54,858 nucleotides of DNA from an uncultured Oligoflexia bacterium (GTDB lineage Bacteria > Bdellovibrionota > UBA1018 > CAYHWW01), in the NCBI GenBank assembly GCA_964360145.1, contig CAYHWW010000004.1:1-54858 (forward strand), given 5' to 3'. The position numbers were made by a program, and so were the translations under genes. Position 1 is the stretch's first letter, and each line of letters opens with the position of its first letter. Of this stretch, positions 9,730 to 23,231 are shown one piece after another. The notes under the pieces were generated by a model that was not told where the DNA came from, ran no database searches, and worked only from the letters and a program-made list of their open reading frames with translations.

Positions 9730-11166
9730 TCACTTCAGGATGCCGTGCTCGTTCAGTTTCGCGTACAGGTGGCTGCGGCTCATCTTGATGGCCTTGCTCA
9801 GTTGACTCATGTTGCTGCCAAACTCCGCATGGAGACGGATGAGGATACCGGCCTCAATTTGTTTCATAAAAGCGTAAAAATCAGACGACTCACCAGACCT
9901 GATGGTGTTCAGCAACACCTCCGCAAGGCCCAGGATGGTTGATGCGTCCGATTTTTCAACCACGACCTTCGCGCCCCCATGGGACGCTCGATAGGGAGCG
10001 CTTAGTTTCTCTGGCAAATCCTCCAGCTCAATTTGCTCACAGTCCGCGGCCATGGTGCAAAGATACGCCACGACGTTGGAGAGTTCTCGCACGTTTCCTG
10101 GCCAGTTGTAGGCCTGTATCGCCGCAGCCGCATCAACGCTCAGGCCAGGAACCTTGGAGCTGCTGCCGTGGGCCGCGAGGAAATGGCGCACGAGCTCTGG
10201 AATATCCTCCTTGCGATCGCGGAGGGGCGGAATGAGGATGGGAATGACGTTGATGCGCTGTAGAAGATCGTATTTAAACCTTCCCTCCTTAGCCATGGAT
10301 TCGAGGTCCAGGTTGGTGGCGCAAACCACGCGAAAATCCAATTGGATCACGCGTCTGGAACCCATGCGCATCACTTCCTTTTCCTGCATCACTCGCAACA
10401 ACTTAGATTGAATATCCAGGGGCATGTTCCCAATTTCATCGAAGTAGAGGGTGCCTCCGTCCGCTTCCTCAAAAAGGCCCTTGGCTGCCCCCACGGCTCC
10501 CGTGAAGGCGCCCTTTTCATGGCCGAAGAGCACACTCTCCGCCAACGAACTGGTGATGGTGGCACTATCCGCGGCAACGAAGGGACGGCCATCGATCATG
10601 CCGATGTGGCGAGCCACCAACTCCTTGCCCGTACCTGTCTCGCCGTTGATGAGCACATTGCTCTTTGAGCCGCGCACCTTGTCCAAGACTTGCTTGAGAT
10701 TCTTCATGGCCTGGGACTCGCCGATGAGGGGGACCCGGGACAGACGACGGCTGCGGTCGGCTCGATGATGCTCCGTTTCTTTGATGAGGCATCTGCGAAG
10801 AAATACTGACTCCAGGGTGAAGAGCAGCTGCTCCGCTGAGTATTCCTTCACCAGCCAGGCCGCCGCGCCATGGCCGATGGCACTCTTCACAAGACCACGA
10901 TCCGTATTCGCGCTGGAGATGATCACATCAGCATCGGGATCCAACAGGCGGATCTCAGGCAAAAGCTGCAGTCCTTCATTCTCAAAAGTGATGTTGAGGT
11001 CCAGCAGGATGGCGTCGAAGCGGGCGCCTGCCAATACGATGCGCGCCTCCACGCCGTCATGGGCGCTCAAGCAGTCGTACTGGGCCTTAAGCACATGCTT
11101 CAATGCGAGATGAACTGAGGGGTCATCGTCGACGATGAGAATTCGACGGCGACGATGGGCGCTCAA
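9730..11166 (-). CDS. NtrC-family sigma54 response regulator (REC-AAA-HTH)
   Basis: ILIVDDD...LLD receiver, GETGTGKE, GAFTGA, WPGNVREL, HTH. Confidence 0.92.
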   Translation of the reverse strand: MSAHRRRRILIVDDDPSVHLALKHVLKAQYDCLSAHDGVEARIVLAGARFDAILLDLNITFENEGLQLLPEIRLLDPDADVIISSANTDRGLVKSAIGHGAAAWLVKEYSAEQLLFTLESVFLRRCLIKETEHHRADRSRRLSRVPLIGESQAMKNLKQVLDKVRGSKSNVLINGETGTGKELVARHIGMIDGRPFVAADSATITSSLAESVLFGHEKGAFTGAVGAAKGLFEEADGGTLYFDEIGNMPLDIQSKLLRVMQEKEVMRMGSRRVIQLDFRVVCATNLDLESMAKEGRFKYDLLQRINVIPILIPPLRDRKEDIPELVRHFLAAHGSSSKVPGLSVDAAAAIQAYNWPGNVRELSNVVAYLCTMAADCEQIELEDLPEKLSAPYRASHGGAKVVVEKSDASTILGLAEVLLNTIRSGESSDFYAFMKQIEAGILIRLHAEFGSNMSQLSKAIKMSRSHLYAKLNEHGILK

Positions 11167-11765
11167 GGCCGACGCTCCGGCAGGTCGCGAGAGGTGTATT
11201 CTGGGATTTCACAGCCAATAACATGGCCCACCACTCGCCAATGCGTGGATTTAGCCCTGCACTCCTCGAACATGGGGCTGATGGCGTAGGGGATTTTCAA
11301 ATCATTTTCGTAGATAATGGAAAGCTCCACCCATGCCACCACGGCATTGGGGAACTTGCGCACAAGCCACTCCAACGCCCGAACATACTGCAGGGGCGGG
11401 GTGCTTACTGGCGGGTAGACCATTTCCCAGTTGAGCGCGTCATCGCTGCGCGTCTCCCAGTCCGCGGTGAGGCCTGGGCAGAGGCGCTCCAGTAAGCGGG
11501 CCGCCTCCAGCTCTTTCCAGTGGGAGCGCTTTCCGCTCAGCAGGTCTTCCACCCAGGCGATTCCTGGACGGATGGGATCGCGGAAAGCCATGTACGAATA
11601 TTTCATGTTGAGGGCGCTTGCCTTCAATCCCTCCAGAGTGTGGGCGCCAATGGGACCCGTGAGCTGGTTTTCAACCAAACCCAATGCACGGAGGGAATTG
11701 TCATCTAGTAAGTCGAGCACTCGTCCTTGAGCGCGCTGGGGAATGATGGGGATCACGCTCTTCAT
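11163..11765 (-). CDS. hypothetical protein
   Basis: 200-aa ORF overlapping the response regulator start by 4 nt. Confidence 0.65.
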   Translation of the reverse strand: MKSVIPIIPQRAQGRVLDLLDDNSLRALGLVENQLTGPIGAHTLEGLKASALNMKYSYMAFRDPIRPGIAWVEDLLSGKRSHWKELEAARLLERLCPGLTADWETRSDDALNWEMVYPPVSTPPLQYVRALEWLVRKFPNAVVAWVELSIIYENDLKIPYAISPMFEECRAKSTHWRVVGHVIGCEIPEYTSRDLPERRP

Positions 11766-11855
11766 TATGAGAGAGTGCGGGCCACGAATCTCTAGGCAGC
11801 TTTGACACGGGAATTTTCTGTCCGGCTCCGTGAGTCCTTGGTAGGTATGCGAGAC

Positions 11856-12311
11856 ATGACTCCAAAAAAACGGGCTTCTCAGCTGCCAACCGGACCTCTC
11901 AACCTAGACAACTACAAACATCCGGACAAGTTTGGCCTCTGGCTGGGCTATGAGCCCGTGCGTGCCGTGCGCGGTAAGGCCATCGTCCGCCTCAAGCTAC
12001 GGGAAGATCACCTCTCCTCTGCCCAGAGAGTGCATGGTGGCGTCGTAGCTGCCTTTCTGGATTATGCCTGTGGTGCCGCGGTTTTCACCACCTTGGATCG
12101 CGGGGATTTCTGCTCCACCGTCGAGCTAAAGGTGAACTACTTCAAGCCCCTCTTCGAGGGCGACGTTCTCAATGCTGAAGCAACCGTGCAATTCCGCGGA
12201 AAACGCTTGTGCGTCGTCCACGCACTCGTGCGCCGTGGACGCGAAAAAGCCGCCGTCGCCATGGCGACGGGTACCTTCAACGTGGTGTCAGTGCCTCCCG
12301 GCAAGTCGTAG
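11856..12311 (+). CDS. PaaI family thioesterase
   Basis: VHGG..A.LD..CG, TVELKVNYFKP hot-dog fold motifs. Confidence 0.9.
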   Translation: MTPKKRASQLPTGPLNLDNYKHPDKFGLWLGYEPVRAVRGKAIVRLKLREDHLSSAQRVHGGVVAAFLDYACGAAVFTTLDRGDFCSTVELKVNYFKPLFEGDVLNAEATVQFRGKRLCVVHALVRRGREKAAVAMATGTFNVVSVPPGKS

Positions 12312-15090
12312 CAGAGTCCGCGCTCCCCACGATGGCGGCGTCCATGTGCCGTAAATCACCTGCCTCGGTGGCCCTGGCCAACAAGGCCTCCCGCACTAAC
12401 TTCATTGTCTTGTCCGCATCCAGTGAACGCAGGAATAATGCCGCTCGCTGCACGTTCAGCCCTTGATAGATCCCAGCATAGAGGCCGTCCACGGATCTAG
12501 CCATTGCCGTTACGGATGCCGCCTGTTGGCTTTTAGCCCAGTTCATTTCTTCGCTGGTTATACCCCCGGCCAACAGCGAATTCATCACCTCACTGTAGGC
12601 CATGGCAAGTTCCATGGCGGATCGGGATGTATCCGCTGTAATCACCAGCGCGGAACCGCCATTTTCGAGCGCGGTGAAGCGGGCTCCCACGGCATAAGCA
12701 TAGCCCCGCTCCGTGCGCACCCCACGATCGAGTCGTTCATTTAAAATGCGGGCAAAGATCTGGAACGCCCAGTACTGATCACTGAACTCCTGTACATCCA
12801 CGGGGTAGAACCGGGCAATGCTCTGCCGTTCGTATGCACCTTCACGCACTACGAGTTGCGGCACATCCCTGAGGGGGAACCTACCGTTATGCACTCGCCG
12901 CACGGGGCGACGCGGACTACGCGGTGACGCAATGGCCAAAGCTGTTTGGAGATCCGTTGGACTCCAGCCACCAGTGAAAATGCCGGTCAACGCCCAACGC
13001 CTGCGACCCGCATCGAAAATCTGAGTCGCCTGCTGCAAAGTCACAGCTTGAGCCAAGGCAGCGGAGCGCGCGACAACGGCGGAGGCATCCACATTGATGC
13101 GACCGGGTAGGGGCGCGATGCCCGTCGTGTTAAGATATTGGTGGCCCATACCCAAGGCCTGGCGCGTGACGTCAGCTCCCGTCATGGCACGTGCCCGCTG
13201 CACGTATTCCACTTTTGCCAACTGAAGGCCCCGTTCGGTCACCCGATAATTTTTTAAGGCCTGAAGAAACAATGTCAGAGCAAGGGTTGCTCCATGAGCA
13301 CGTCCGCTCACGGAAATGGAAAAAAGTTCTTGCTCTAGATCCAGACTTTGAGAAAGGCTAATGCCTGCTTCCGTGGCCATGCGCATGAGTGCCGCGTTGG
13401 TGGGGTCGAGCTCGAAAGCCAGCAATGCAAGCCTTGCCGCCATGGACTGCTCGGGACTCAAGCGAATATGAGGCAACGCAAAGTACAGCCTGCCTTCGGC
13501 GGTTTGACCGCCCGCCTGGGGCACCACGGTGACGTCCACACCGCGAGTGCGGATGCGGCGGTTGGAGTCCACGGCGAGGAGAGGGTTGCTCGAATTGTCT
13601 AATCTTCCTTCACCCGAGACATAGGCTTGCGCGAGTTGAGGCAGTATTTCGGAGAGATTTACGGTCTGAACGCGATTGCCGTAAATCACGGGAGCATCCG
13701 CCGGTACGTCATGGGTCACGGACGTAAGCTGCATGCGATATGGCATGAGCTCGGCGGCCAAATTTTGAATGTCTTCTTTTTTGACACGCGAAGTTGCCGC
13801 GAGGCTGGCCTCCGCTCTCTCCAAGCCATGGCGCGCCACCGCGTCTGTAATGTGTTCGCCCAAGTCTGTGAGACCCGTGCGTTCGATTTTTGTGCGCACA
13901 TGAACGGCCCGCAGTTCTTCCACGATGCGATCGCTGAGACCATTTCGAGCGAGGCCCCCCAAAACCGAGGATACGTACGCAAGAACTGCAGCAATTCGCT
14001 TCTCTCCCTCCGGCGTGAGGTCCAGGATGAGACGAAGCATCATCCGATCGCGATAGTGTTCGGAGGACATGTAAACACCACGCAAAAGGCCCGTAGTCCT
14101 CAAGGCCTCAAATACCGACCCGGCGCCGCGGCGGCTGAGATAGGCACCCAACAGCGTGGCAGCAGGGAGTTTGTCCACGCTGTTTTCCAGGTTGAAACCG
14201 ATGTTGACGACATGCGTACCTTCCCCGGGGGTATAAACCTTATGCATGGGCAGTCGACCATTGAAGGCCAAGGGCAGCTGGCCACCGGCGAGGTCCGTCG
14301 CCTGGCCACCGATGAGCTGAGGCACGGCCACTGGGAAGCGGCGGATGCGACCATAGGTTTTCTCAAGAAGCTCTTTGAGCGCAATGGGGTCCGTCACCTG
14401 ACCCACAATCGCAAGCTGCATATTATCAGCGGAATAATAGCGCTCGTAGAACGCACGAATGGCCGCGGGGCGCTCTGCCAGGGTTTGTTCCGGCGTAGAG
14501 GCCATGGGCTGGCGCATGCGCTCATGCTCCCCGTGCATGATGAGCGCATACTGATAGAGCACGGAATAGACATTGGCCCGATTACGCATGAGTTCTTCAG
14601 AAACAGGACGGGCTTCGGAATCGAGACTGGAGTCGGTGAGAAGTGACTCAGCGATCATATCGGACTGCAACTTGGTGGCCTGAGCCAACGCCCTGCTGGG
14701 CACCACGAGAAAGTAGTTTGTTCGCTCAAAGTTAGTGCTGGCATTGTAACGAGCGCCCATTGCGTTAAATGCGGCAATGAGAAGTTCTTTGCTGGGCAGC
14801 GCTTTCGTGCCGCGGAACATGGCGTGCTCCAATTCGTGCGCAACGCCCGTTTCGTCCCTCGTAGGGTCACCATCAGGGCGCTCATCAAGAAAACCCGCGC
14901 CGACACGGAGCACCAATACTGTTTGTTGAGTTCGTGCCGGCACGACCACGACCTTGAGACCGTTGCCCAAGATGAATGTGACGACTCGGGGCTCCTCCGT
15001 TCCCACCGCTAACGCTAATGCGGCCCAAATTAGCACGCCCACCTGCGCGATCAAAAACCCCTGAATGATCCGTCGCATACTCACCCCCAA
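12277..15090 (-). CDS. M16 (insulinase/pitrilysin) family zinc peptidase, secreted
   Basis: Signal peptide, LGNGLKV, G.AHELEH (HxxEH), NAST, C-terminal R...G.AY.V. Confidence 0.85.
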   Translation of the reverse strand: MGVSMRRIIQGFLIAQVGVLIWAALALAVGTEEPRVVTFILGNGLKVVVVPARTQQTVLVLRVGAGFLDERPDGDPTRDETGVAHELEHAMFRGTKALPSKELLIAAFNAMGARYNASTNFERTNYFLVVPSRALAQATKLQSDMIAESLLTDSSLDSEARPVSEELMRNRANVYSVLYQYALIMHGEHERMRQPMASTPEQTLAERPAAIRAFYERYYSADNMQLAIVGQVTDPIALKELLEKTYGRIRRFPVAVPQLIGGQATDLAGGQLPLAFNGRLPMHKVYTPGEGTHVVNIGFNLENSVDKLPAATLLGAYLSRRGAGSVFEALRTTGLLRGVYMSSEHYRDRMMLRLILDLTPEGEKRIAAVLAYVSSVLGGLARNGLSDRIVEELRAVHVRTKIERTGLTDLGEHITDAVARHGLERAEASLAATSRVKKEDIQNLAAELMPYRMQLTSVTHDVPADAPVIYGNRVQTVNLSEILPQLAQAYVSGEGRLDNSSNPLLAVDSNRRIRTRGVDVTVVPQAGGQTAEGRLYFALPHIRLSPEQSMAARLALLAFELDPTNAALMRMATEAGISLSQSLDLEQELFSISVSGRAHGATLALTLFLQALKNYRVTERGLQLAKVEYVQRARAMTGADVTRQALGMGHQYLNTTGIAPLPGRINVDASAVVARSAALAQAVTLQQATQIFDAGRRRWALTGIFTGGWSPTDLQTALAIASPRSPRRPVRRVHNGRFPLRDVPQLVVREGAYERQSIARFYPVDVQEFSDQYWAFQIFARILNERLDRGVRTERGYAYAVGARFTALENGGSALVITADTSRSAMELAMAYSEVMNSLLAGGITSEEMNWAKSQQAASVTAMARSVDGLYAGIYQGLNVQRAALFLRSLDADKTMKLVREALLARATEAGDLRHMDAAIVGSADSATTCREALTPR

Positions 15091-15281
15091 GTCTAAGTGA
15101 ATTACTGATCACCACTGCACCTCGTCAACGTTGCCGCGAAATAAACCATCACACCGCTGCGCGTTATATTGACGCAAGGCAGTGCTGCGTCGCGCCATGT
15201 CAGTGAAAATTATTGATCTCTTTGAATGACCTTCGTTGCCGGGTCGCAATACGCTCATTATGATTTACACAGGGAGAGAAA

Positions 15282-18161
<2,880 letters not shown>

Positions 18162-18200
18162 GTAGAGTGCCGAGAAGGGGCCCTCTACACCACAGCATAA

Positions 18201-18379
18201 GGGGTCGCGCATGAATAAATATAACATCTGGCGCTCAGATTTTGGTCAGATTTGGCCGCCACGGAAGGAGCCAAACCGGAAGCGTAGCAGGGCTACGCTG
18301 AGGATTTTGCGACTGAGTAGCGGGCAAAGATGGCCGGAAGATGAGATGCCAGATGTTATATTTATTCATGCGTGACCCC
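18201..18379. mobile_element. MITE (non-autonomous insertion element), 179 bp
   Basis: 32-bp terminal inverted repeats GGGGTC(G/A)CGCATGAATAAATATAACATCTGGC with 1 mismatch; flanked by TAA direct repeat (18198-18200, 18380-18382); no ORF. Confidence 0.85.
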
Positions 18380-18391
18380 TAAGGTATTCCC

Positions 18392-19675
18392 ATGTCGCGA
18401 AAACAATGGACCACGCACGCCCTGTTTTCGCTCGTTGATCACGGTGCGACGAGGGCCTTGGACGCGGCCATCACCCTGGTATTGATCCGGGTGATGGCCC
18501 CCGAGGCCCTCGGTCTTTTTTCCATCTATCAAAGTTGGATTGGGCTATTGCTCCTCTTCCTCCCCGCCATCGAACTTCAACTCTTCCGAGAGTATGGCTC
18601 CCTCAAGGCCTCGGGGGGGCTTGCTCGGGAGTTGAGCTTCTACGGTCGCTTCAACCGCGTGAAACTGGTGGCAGGACTCATCGCCATAATGGCCTTGGCA
18701 GCGCTACCCACGGGCGGCCTAGCGGCCCCCTGGCGCGCCCGCTTCCTGCTGCTGACCCTCGCCTTCGCGTTGCCATTTTCCCAAGCTTTTTACAGCTACA
18801 TGCGAGAGCCCCTGCGCTTTGAGATGCGCCAGAGTTTAGTGGCGGCGTTGAGCACCCTCCAAAGGGCCGCCGTCATGGCCATGCTCATTGTCGCAGCCAT
18901 GGCCGCCCCGGGGCGCCTGTCCGTACTCTGTGGCGCGGCCCTGGTGGCCTATGCCCTCTTTGCATTGATCTGGAAGGCCGCAAGCAAATCAGTGGTGAGC
19001 TCCGCGGTCGCCCCGATGACACTCAAGGTTTTTTGGACGAAACTGGGTGCTGTCCTCGCGGGGACCGTTCTGTGGATCCATCTCAACGGCGTGCTCTTCC
19101 AAGCCTCACAAACTTTCGATCTCCTCGCGCTCGGATGGTTCATTCCTGACCTCTCCGGCATTGCGCGCTATGGCATCGCACTCAAAACCGCTAACTTCTT
19201 CCAGATCGTACCCATTGCCCTTTCCAGCTCCCTCGGCATTTGGCTGGGCAAACGCATGTTCGCCGGGGAAAGCAGCCGGGAACGGCGCATCGTAATCACA
19301 TCGACGGCGGCCATGACCCTGAGTTGCGTGGCCCTCTACGCAGTGGGTTGGTTTGCGGCTCAGCCCCTGCTAGGGCTCATCGGCCGTGGAAAAATCACCG
19401 CCCTCACCATGGACGCCTCCGTAACGCAATTCCGCTGGCTGCTGGCAGGCGTGCTCATCCTCGCAAGCACACATCCACTGAGTACCTATCTCATGGCGCG
19501 GGGCAAGCTGCGTCCGCTTTTCCTGGGGCTCTTTTTACCCTGGGCTCTGGGCGCTTTGGCAATCTATAGCGTCGGTCTCTGGGCGCGCCCCGACCTTCTC
19601 ACCGCCGCGCAGCTCAACATCCCCGTTTACGGCCTTTTCGCCCTATTTTGCGCTTTCCATTTTCGTCGGAGTTGA
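18392..19675 (+). CDS. Wzx/MATE-like oligosaccharide flippase
   Basis: About 12 hydrophobic segments, glycan-cluster context. Confidence 0.7.
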   Translation: MSRKQWTTHALFSLVDHGATRALDAAITLVLIRVMAPEALGLFSIYQSWIGLLLLFLPAIELQLFREYGSLKASGGLARELSFYGRFNRVKLVAGLIAIMALAALPTGGLAAPWRARFLLLTLAFALPFSQAFYSYMREPLRFEMRQSLVAALSTLQRAAVMAMLIVAAMAAPGRLSVLCGAALVAYALFALIWKAASKSVVSSAVAPMTLKVFWTKLGAVLAGTVLWIHLNGVLFQASQTFDLLALGWFIPDLSGIARYGIALKTANFFQIVPIALSSSLGIWLGKRMFAGESSRERRIVITSTAAMTLSCVALYAVGWFAAQPLLGLIGRGKITALTMDASVTQFRWLLAGVLILASTHPLSTYLMARGKLRPLFLGLFLPWALGALAIYSVGLWARPDLLTAAQLNIPVYGLFALFCAFHFRRS

Positions 19676-19687
19676 TAGACCATTTTT

Positions 19688-20425
19688 ATGAAAACCACCA
19701 CCGTGATGGTCCCCACCTACAATGAAAGTGGCAACATTCGGCAACTTCTGGAGCAATTGATTGCCCTGCAGGTGCCCGGCCACAGCATCAATATCATTGT
19801 GGTGGATGACAACTCACCGGATGGCACCGCGAAGATCGTCACCGAAATAGCTGCCCAGAACCCCCGCGTGCTCTTGAAGGTGCGCACAAACGAGCGTGGG
19901 CGCGGCAGCGCTGGCATCGCAGGATTCAAAGAAGCAATGAAACGAAAGCCCGATTACATCATCGAGATGGATGCGGACTTCTCCCACGACCCCAAGTACA
20001 TCCCGGCGATGTTAGCCGCGGCGGATGCTGGCGCGGATCTCGTTACGGGCAGCCGCTACGTCACCGGTGGCGGAGACCCCGATCGCACCGCCGCCCGCCG
20101 CGTTCTCTCGGCGCTGGCAGGCTTCTATGTTCGCACCATCCTAGGGTTGAAAGTAAAAGATCCCACTGGCGGTTTCCGACTCTATCGCCGCGAGGTGCTG
20201 GAAACCATTGATCTGGACCACCTCCTTTCTTTGGGACCGTCCATCGTATTGGAAACTCTTTTTAAAACGTCCGTAAAAGGCTTCCGCATCGCCGAAGTTC
20301 CCATCGTATTCCTCGACCGTAAGGTGGGCGTCAGTAAACTCAGCGGCAACTACCTCAAAGAGTGCTTAGCCATGGTTGTGAAGTTGCGCTACCTGCACCT
20401 TCGAGGCGCTCTCTTCCACTCATGA
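19688..20425 (+). CDS. polyprenol-monophosphosugar synthase (Dpm1-like GT2)
   Basis: PTYNE, VDDNSPDGT, MDADFSHDP, GSRY, D.TGGFRLYRR. Confidence 0.92.
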   Translation: MKTTTVMVPTYNESGNIRQLLEQLIALQVPGHSINIIVVDDNSPDGTAKIVTEIAAQNPRVLLKVRTNERGRGSAGIAGFKEAMKRKPDYIIEMDADFSHDPKYIPAMLAAADAGADLVTGSRYVTGGGDPDRTAARRVLSALAGFYVRTILGLKVKDPTGGFRLYRREVLETIDLDHLLSLGPSIVLETLFKTSVKGFRIAEVPIVFLDRKVGVSKLSGNYLKECLAMVVKLRYLHLRGALFHS

Positions 20426-21720
20426 AGAGAGCGAAGGCCTGGACCGCGCTATTCTTTCTGGGACTCTTCCTGCTTTACGCCCTGATCCCGCGCACCGTGG
20501 GCATGGGTCATGCCTCGCGTTTGGATCTCACAAAGGCCATCGTTCACCACGGTTCATTCGTCATTGATGACTACGTGAAGAACACCATCGATTGGTCTTA
20601 TGCTGGCGGCCATTACTACACCAACAAGGCACCCGGGGTTTCCTTCCTTGCCGTACCTTTTTACTGGGCTATGACTAAGGTGGAGGCCACCTTCCGCCAG
20701 GGCGACACCGACTGGTCCTACCGTAATCTGCGTTGGACCGACGTGTTCGTCACGGCCCTCTCTACGGCCCTCACGGCGTTGCTGCTTTTTCTCTACGGAC
20801 GTAAAGAGCGCGGGGCCTGGGGTGCCACGGTGGTGTTCGCTTTGGGCACCATCGCTTTTCCCTTCGCTGCCATGCTCTGGGGCCATCCCACCGCGGGGGC
20901 GTTCTTATTCGCTGCCTTCTACTGTTTAGCGAAAGCTCGCATGCCCCTGCTGGCTGGCTTTCTCCTCGGCTGGGCCGTGCTCACCGAGTACACCTGCGCC
21001 TTTGCGATACCGTTGTTTTTTTGGCACTTCTGGAATGATGCAACGTGGAAAAAACGGCGCCCAGAAGCTCTCTTCCGCATCGTGATCGGCGCTCTCCCCC
21101 CCGCGATGCTCTTCGCCTGGTACCATACCGCTTGCTTTGGCAGTCCTCTGGCTCTGGCTCCCCGGTTCCAGAACCCTGCCCACAATGCGCCGCACAGCGG
21201 CCCGCTGCTCTTTGGCGTGCTGGGCTTGCCATCGCCCGTCATCCTCTGGCGCCTCCTCGTAGGAAAATCTCGAGGCCTGCTCCTCATTTCGCCCGTGCTC
21301 ATTCTCTGCGCTGTATATTTTTGCGAGTGGATGAAGGAGCACGACAGCAAACGCGACGCCGTCGTCTTCGCCGGGGTGTTCCTCTGTTTTTTATTTTTCA
21401 ATGCAAGCTACAACGGCTGGCACGGCGGGCGCTCCTCTGGACCTCGCTACCTTCTCCCCGCGCTGCCCTTTCTTTGCGCCCTTCTCGTGAGGGTACGTTG
21501 GACGCCCACGGCGTGGGCTCTCGCTACCATTGGAATTGTGAACTGCGCGGCAATCGCCGCCGTCGGCACTGATGCCGAGATGCCCAAAGCGCTTCTCTGG
21601 CAGGAGATCTATCCCCGGATCATGAGCGGCGAACGCGCAGTCGTCTTCACCGCCATTCTTTGCGCCTGCGCTTCTCTTGCATTTGTCGCGCGCAAGGCGC
21701 GGGCTAGGGCACGAACTTGA
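20422..21720 (+). CDS. GT-C-type polytopic membrane glycosyltransferase
   Basis: YY.NKAPG loop, multiple TM helices, GGxSxGPRYLLP; coupled to the Dpm1-like gene. Confidence 0.65.
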   Translation: MKRAKAWTALFFLGLFLLYALIPRTVGMGHASRLDLTKAIVHHGSFVIDDYVKNTIDWSYAGGHYYTNKAPGVSFLAVPFYWAMTKVEATFRQGDTDWSYRNLRWTDVFVTALSTALTALLLFLYGRKERGAWGATVVFALGTIAFPFAAMLWGHPTAGAFLFAAFYCLAKARMPLLAGFLLGWAVLTEYTCAFAIPLFFWHFWNDATWKKRRPEALFRIVIGALPPAMLFAWYHTACFGSPLALAPRFQNPAHNAPHSGPLLFGVLGLPSPVILWRLLVGKSRGLLLISPVLILCAVYFCEWMKEHDSKRDAVVFAGVFLCFLFFNASYNGWHGGRSSGPRYLLPALPFLCALLVRVRWTPTAWALATIGIVNCAAIAAVGTDAEMPKALLWQEIYPRIMSGERAVVFTAILCACASLAFVARKARARART

Positions 21721-23209
21721 TTTTATTCATGGCAAAGAAGCACATCTTCAGCAGCAGCCAACCATGCTTCCAGCGGCTAATGTTGGTTTCACCATACACA
21801 CGCTCTTTGTAGCGGATGGGCACTTCCGCAATCTCAAGATCGAGCTTGGAGGCGCCGAAAATGAGATCAAAATCACCAAACGGGTCAAAGTCGCCAAAGT
21901 AGGATCGCCCCGTGGCGATGCGCTCATAGTTAGCTTTACTCAAAACCTTGGTACCGCACAGCGTGTCCTTGAAGCGCTGGCCCAGGAGCCACGTAAAAGC
22001 ACGGCTAAAGAACTTGTTACCCATGAGATTGATGGGCCTCATGGCCTCTTTTTCCATCTTATAGACCAAGCGACAACCGTTGATGAATTCACCGTGGCCA
22101 TCGGCCCATGCATCAATGAATTTCTCCAGATCCTCGGGGGGCACCGTGAGGTCGGCATCGAGAATCATGAGCAAGTCGCCCGTTGCCTTGGAGAAGCCCG
22201 TGCGCACGGCATCGCCTTTGCCCTTGCCGGGTTGCTTATAGGCCACCACTTCGCCGGGTTTTGGCACCGATGGATCCTTCATGCAGCGCTGGATCTCATC
22301 CCAAGTATCATCCGTGGAGTTACCCTCAACGAAAATGATCTCGTAAGTCTCTGTGCGCCGAACAGCCGCGGCGGACAGGCGGCGGAGGGCGGGCTCCACA
22401 TTGCCCTTCTCATTACGGGCAGGGATGAGCACGCTCACCTTCAGCCCTCGGCGGTCCACGGTTGCAGGCACTCGTGCGATGACGAAATGAGTGCAGCCCA
22501 TCCAGTTGAAGAAGGGCAATGGCATCAGATAACGATTGGCCAGGGCGCTTATGGGGCCCAGGTTGACGGGCAGCAGGCAACGATAGCCTTGCTTCAATAC
22601 CCGATAGCCTGAGATGGAAAAAAGATTGGCCACGTCATCAGCGGAGAGCCAGTTCAATTCAGGTTGTGGCATTTTGAGGCGCAGGGCCTGGGCGGCGCGA
22701 AACAGGGGAGCCCACATAAAGTTGTAGTAACTCGCGATGATGCGCGTGTGGGGACGACAGAGGGGCTTTAAATAAGCCAATGCCTTTTGAATGTCGGGCC
22801 AGAACCCCACCGTATTCACGAGCAAAATGTAATCAATGCCATTGGGGTAAGCATTCAGCACTTCGGGGGGGAGGGGACGCATACCATCCCAGGCGGCAAA
22901 CTTTAGAGCGGGGTAGCGGCGTCGTGCCTCCGCGCAGGCCTCTTCAGAAAGGTCGAGACCCATGCCCTGACTTGGTTTACAGGCCTCCAGCACGGCACCG
23001 ACGCCAAAACCAAGTTCCAACACCGTGGATTGGGCTGCCACATGAAAGGCAAAAAATCTTTTGAGATCTTTGTAATAGGTGCCGCTCTTTTGAATCCAAT
23101 GATGGCGCTGGGCGCCCATGGCCCTCAGACTCTGCAAGAGGGCCTGCTCGTCCCGTGCCAGAGGACTGGGCGTTAAATCAACAGAGCGCTGCAAGCGAAG
23201 ATCCATCAT
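21704..23209 (-). CDS. class I SAM methyltransferase-like domain fused to GT2 glycosyltransferase
   Basis: VLELGFG N-terminal domain; PARNE, ILDAD, DTLCGTK, DFDPFGDFDL C-terminal domain. Confidence 0.85.
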   Translation of the reverse strand: MMDLRLQRSVDLTPSPLARDEQALLQSLRAMGAQRHHWIQKSGTYYKDLKRFFAFHVAAQSTVLELGFGVGAVLEACKPSQGMGLDLSEEACAEARRRYPALKFAAWDGMRPLPPEVLNAYPNGIDYILLVNTVGFWPDIQKALAYLKPLCRPHTRIIASYYNFMWAPLFRAAQALRLKMPQPELNWLSADDVANLFSISGYRVLKQGYRCLLPVNLGPISALANRYLMPLPFFNWMGCTHFVIARVPATVDRRGLKVSVLIPARNEKGNVEPALRRLSAAAVRRTETYEIIFVEGNSTDDTWDEIQRCMKDPSVPKPGEVVAYKQPGKGKGDAVRTGFSKATGDLLMILDADLTVPPEDLEKFIDAWADGHGEFINGCRLVYKMEKEAMRPINLMGNKFFSRAFTWLLGQRFKDTLCGTKVLSKANYERIATGRSYFGDFDPFGDFDLIFGASKLDLEIAEVPIRYKERVYGETNISRWKHGWLLLKMCFFAMNKIKFVP

Positions 23210-23231
23210 TTAGAACCAACCACATCTTGGA

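Noticed and set aside
13627-14646. 339-aa plus-strand ORF
   Set aside because: Antisense shadow of the M16 peptidase
21677-22612. 311-aa plus-strand ORF
   Set aside because: Antisense shadow of the MT-GT2 gene
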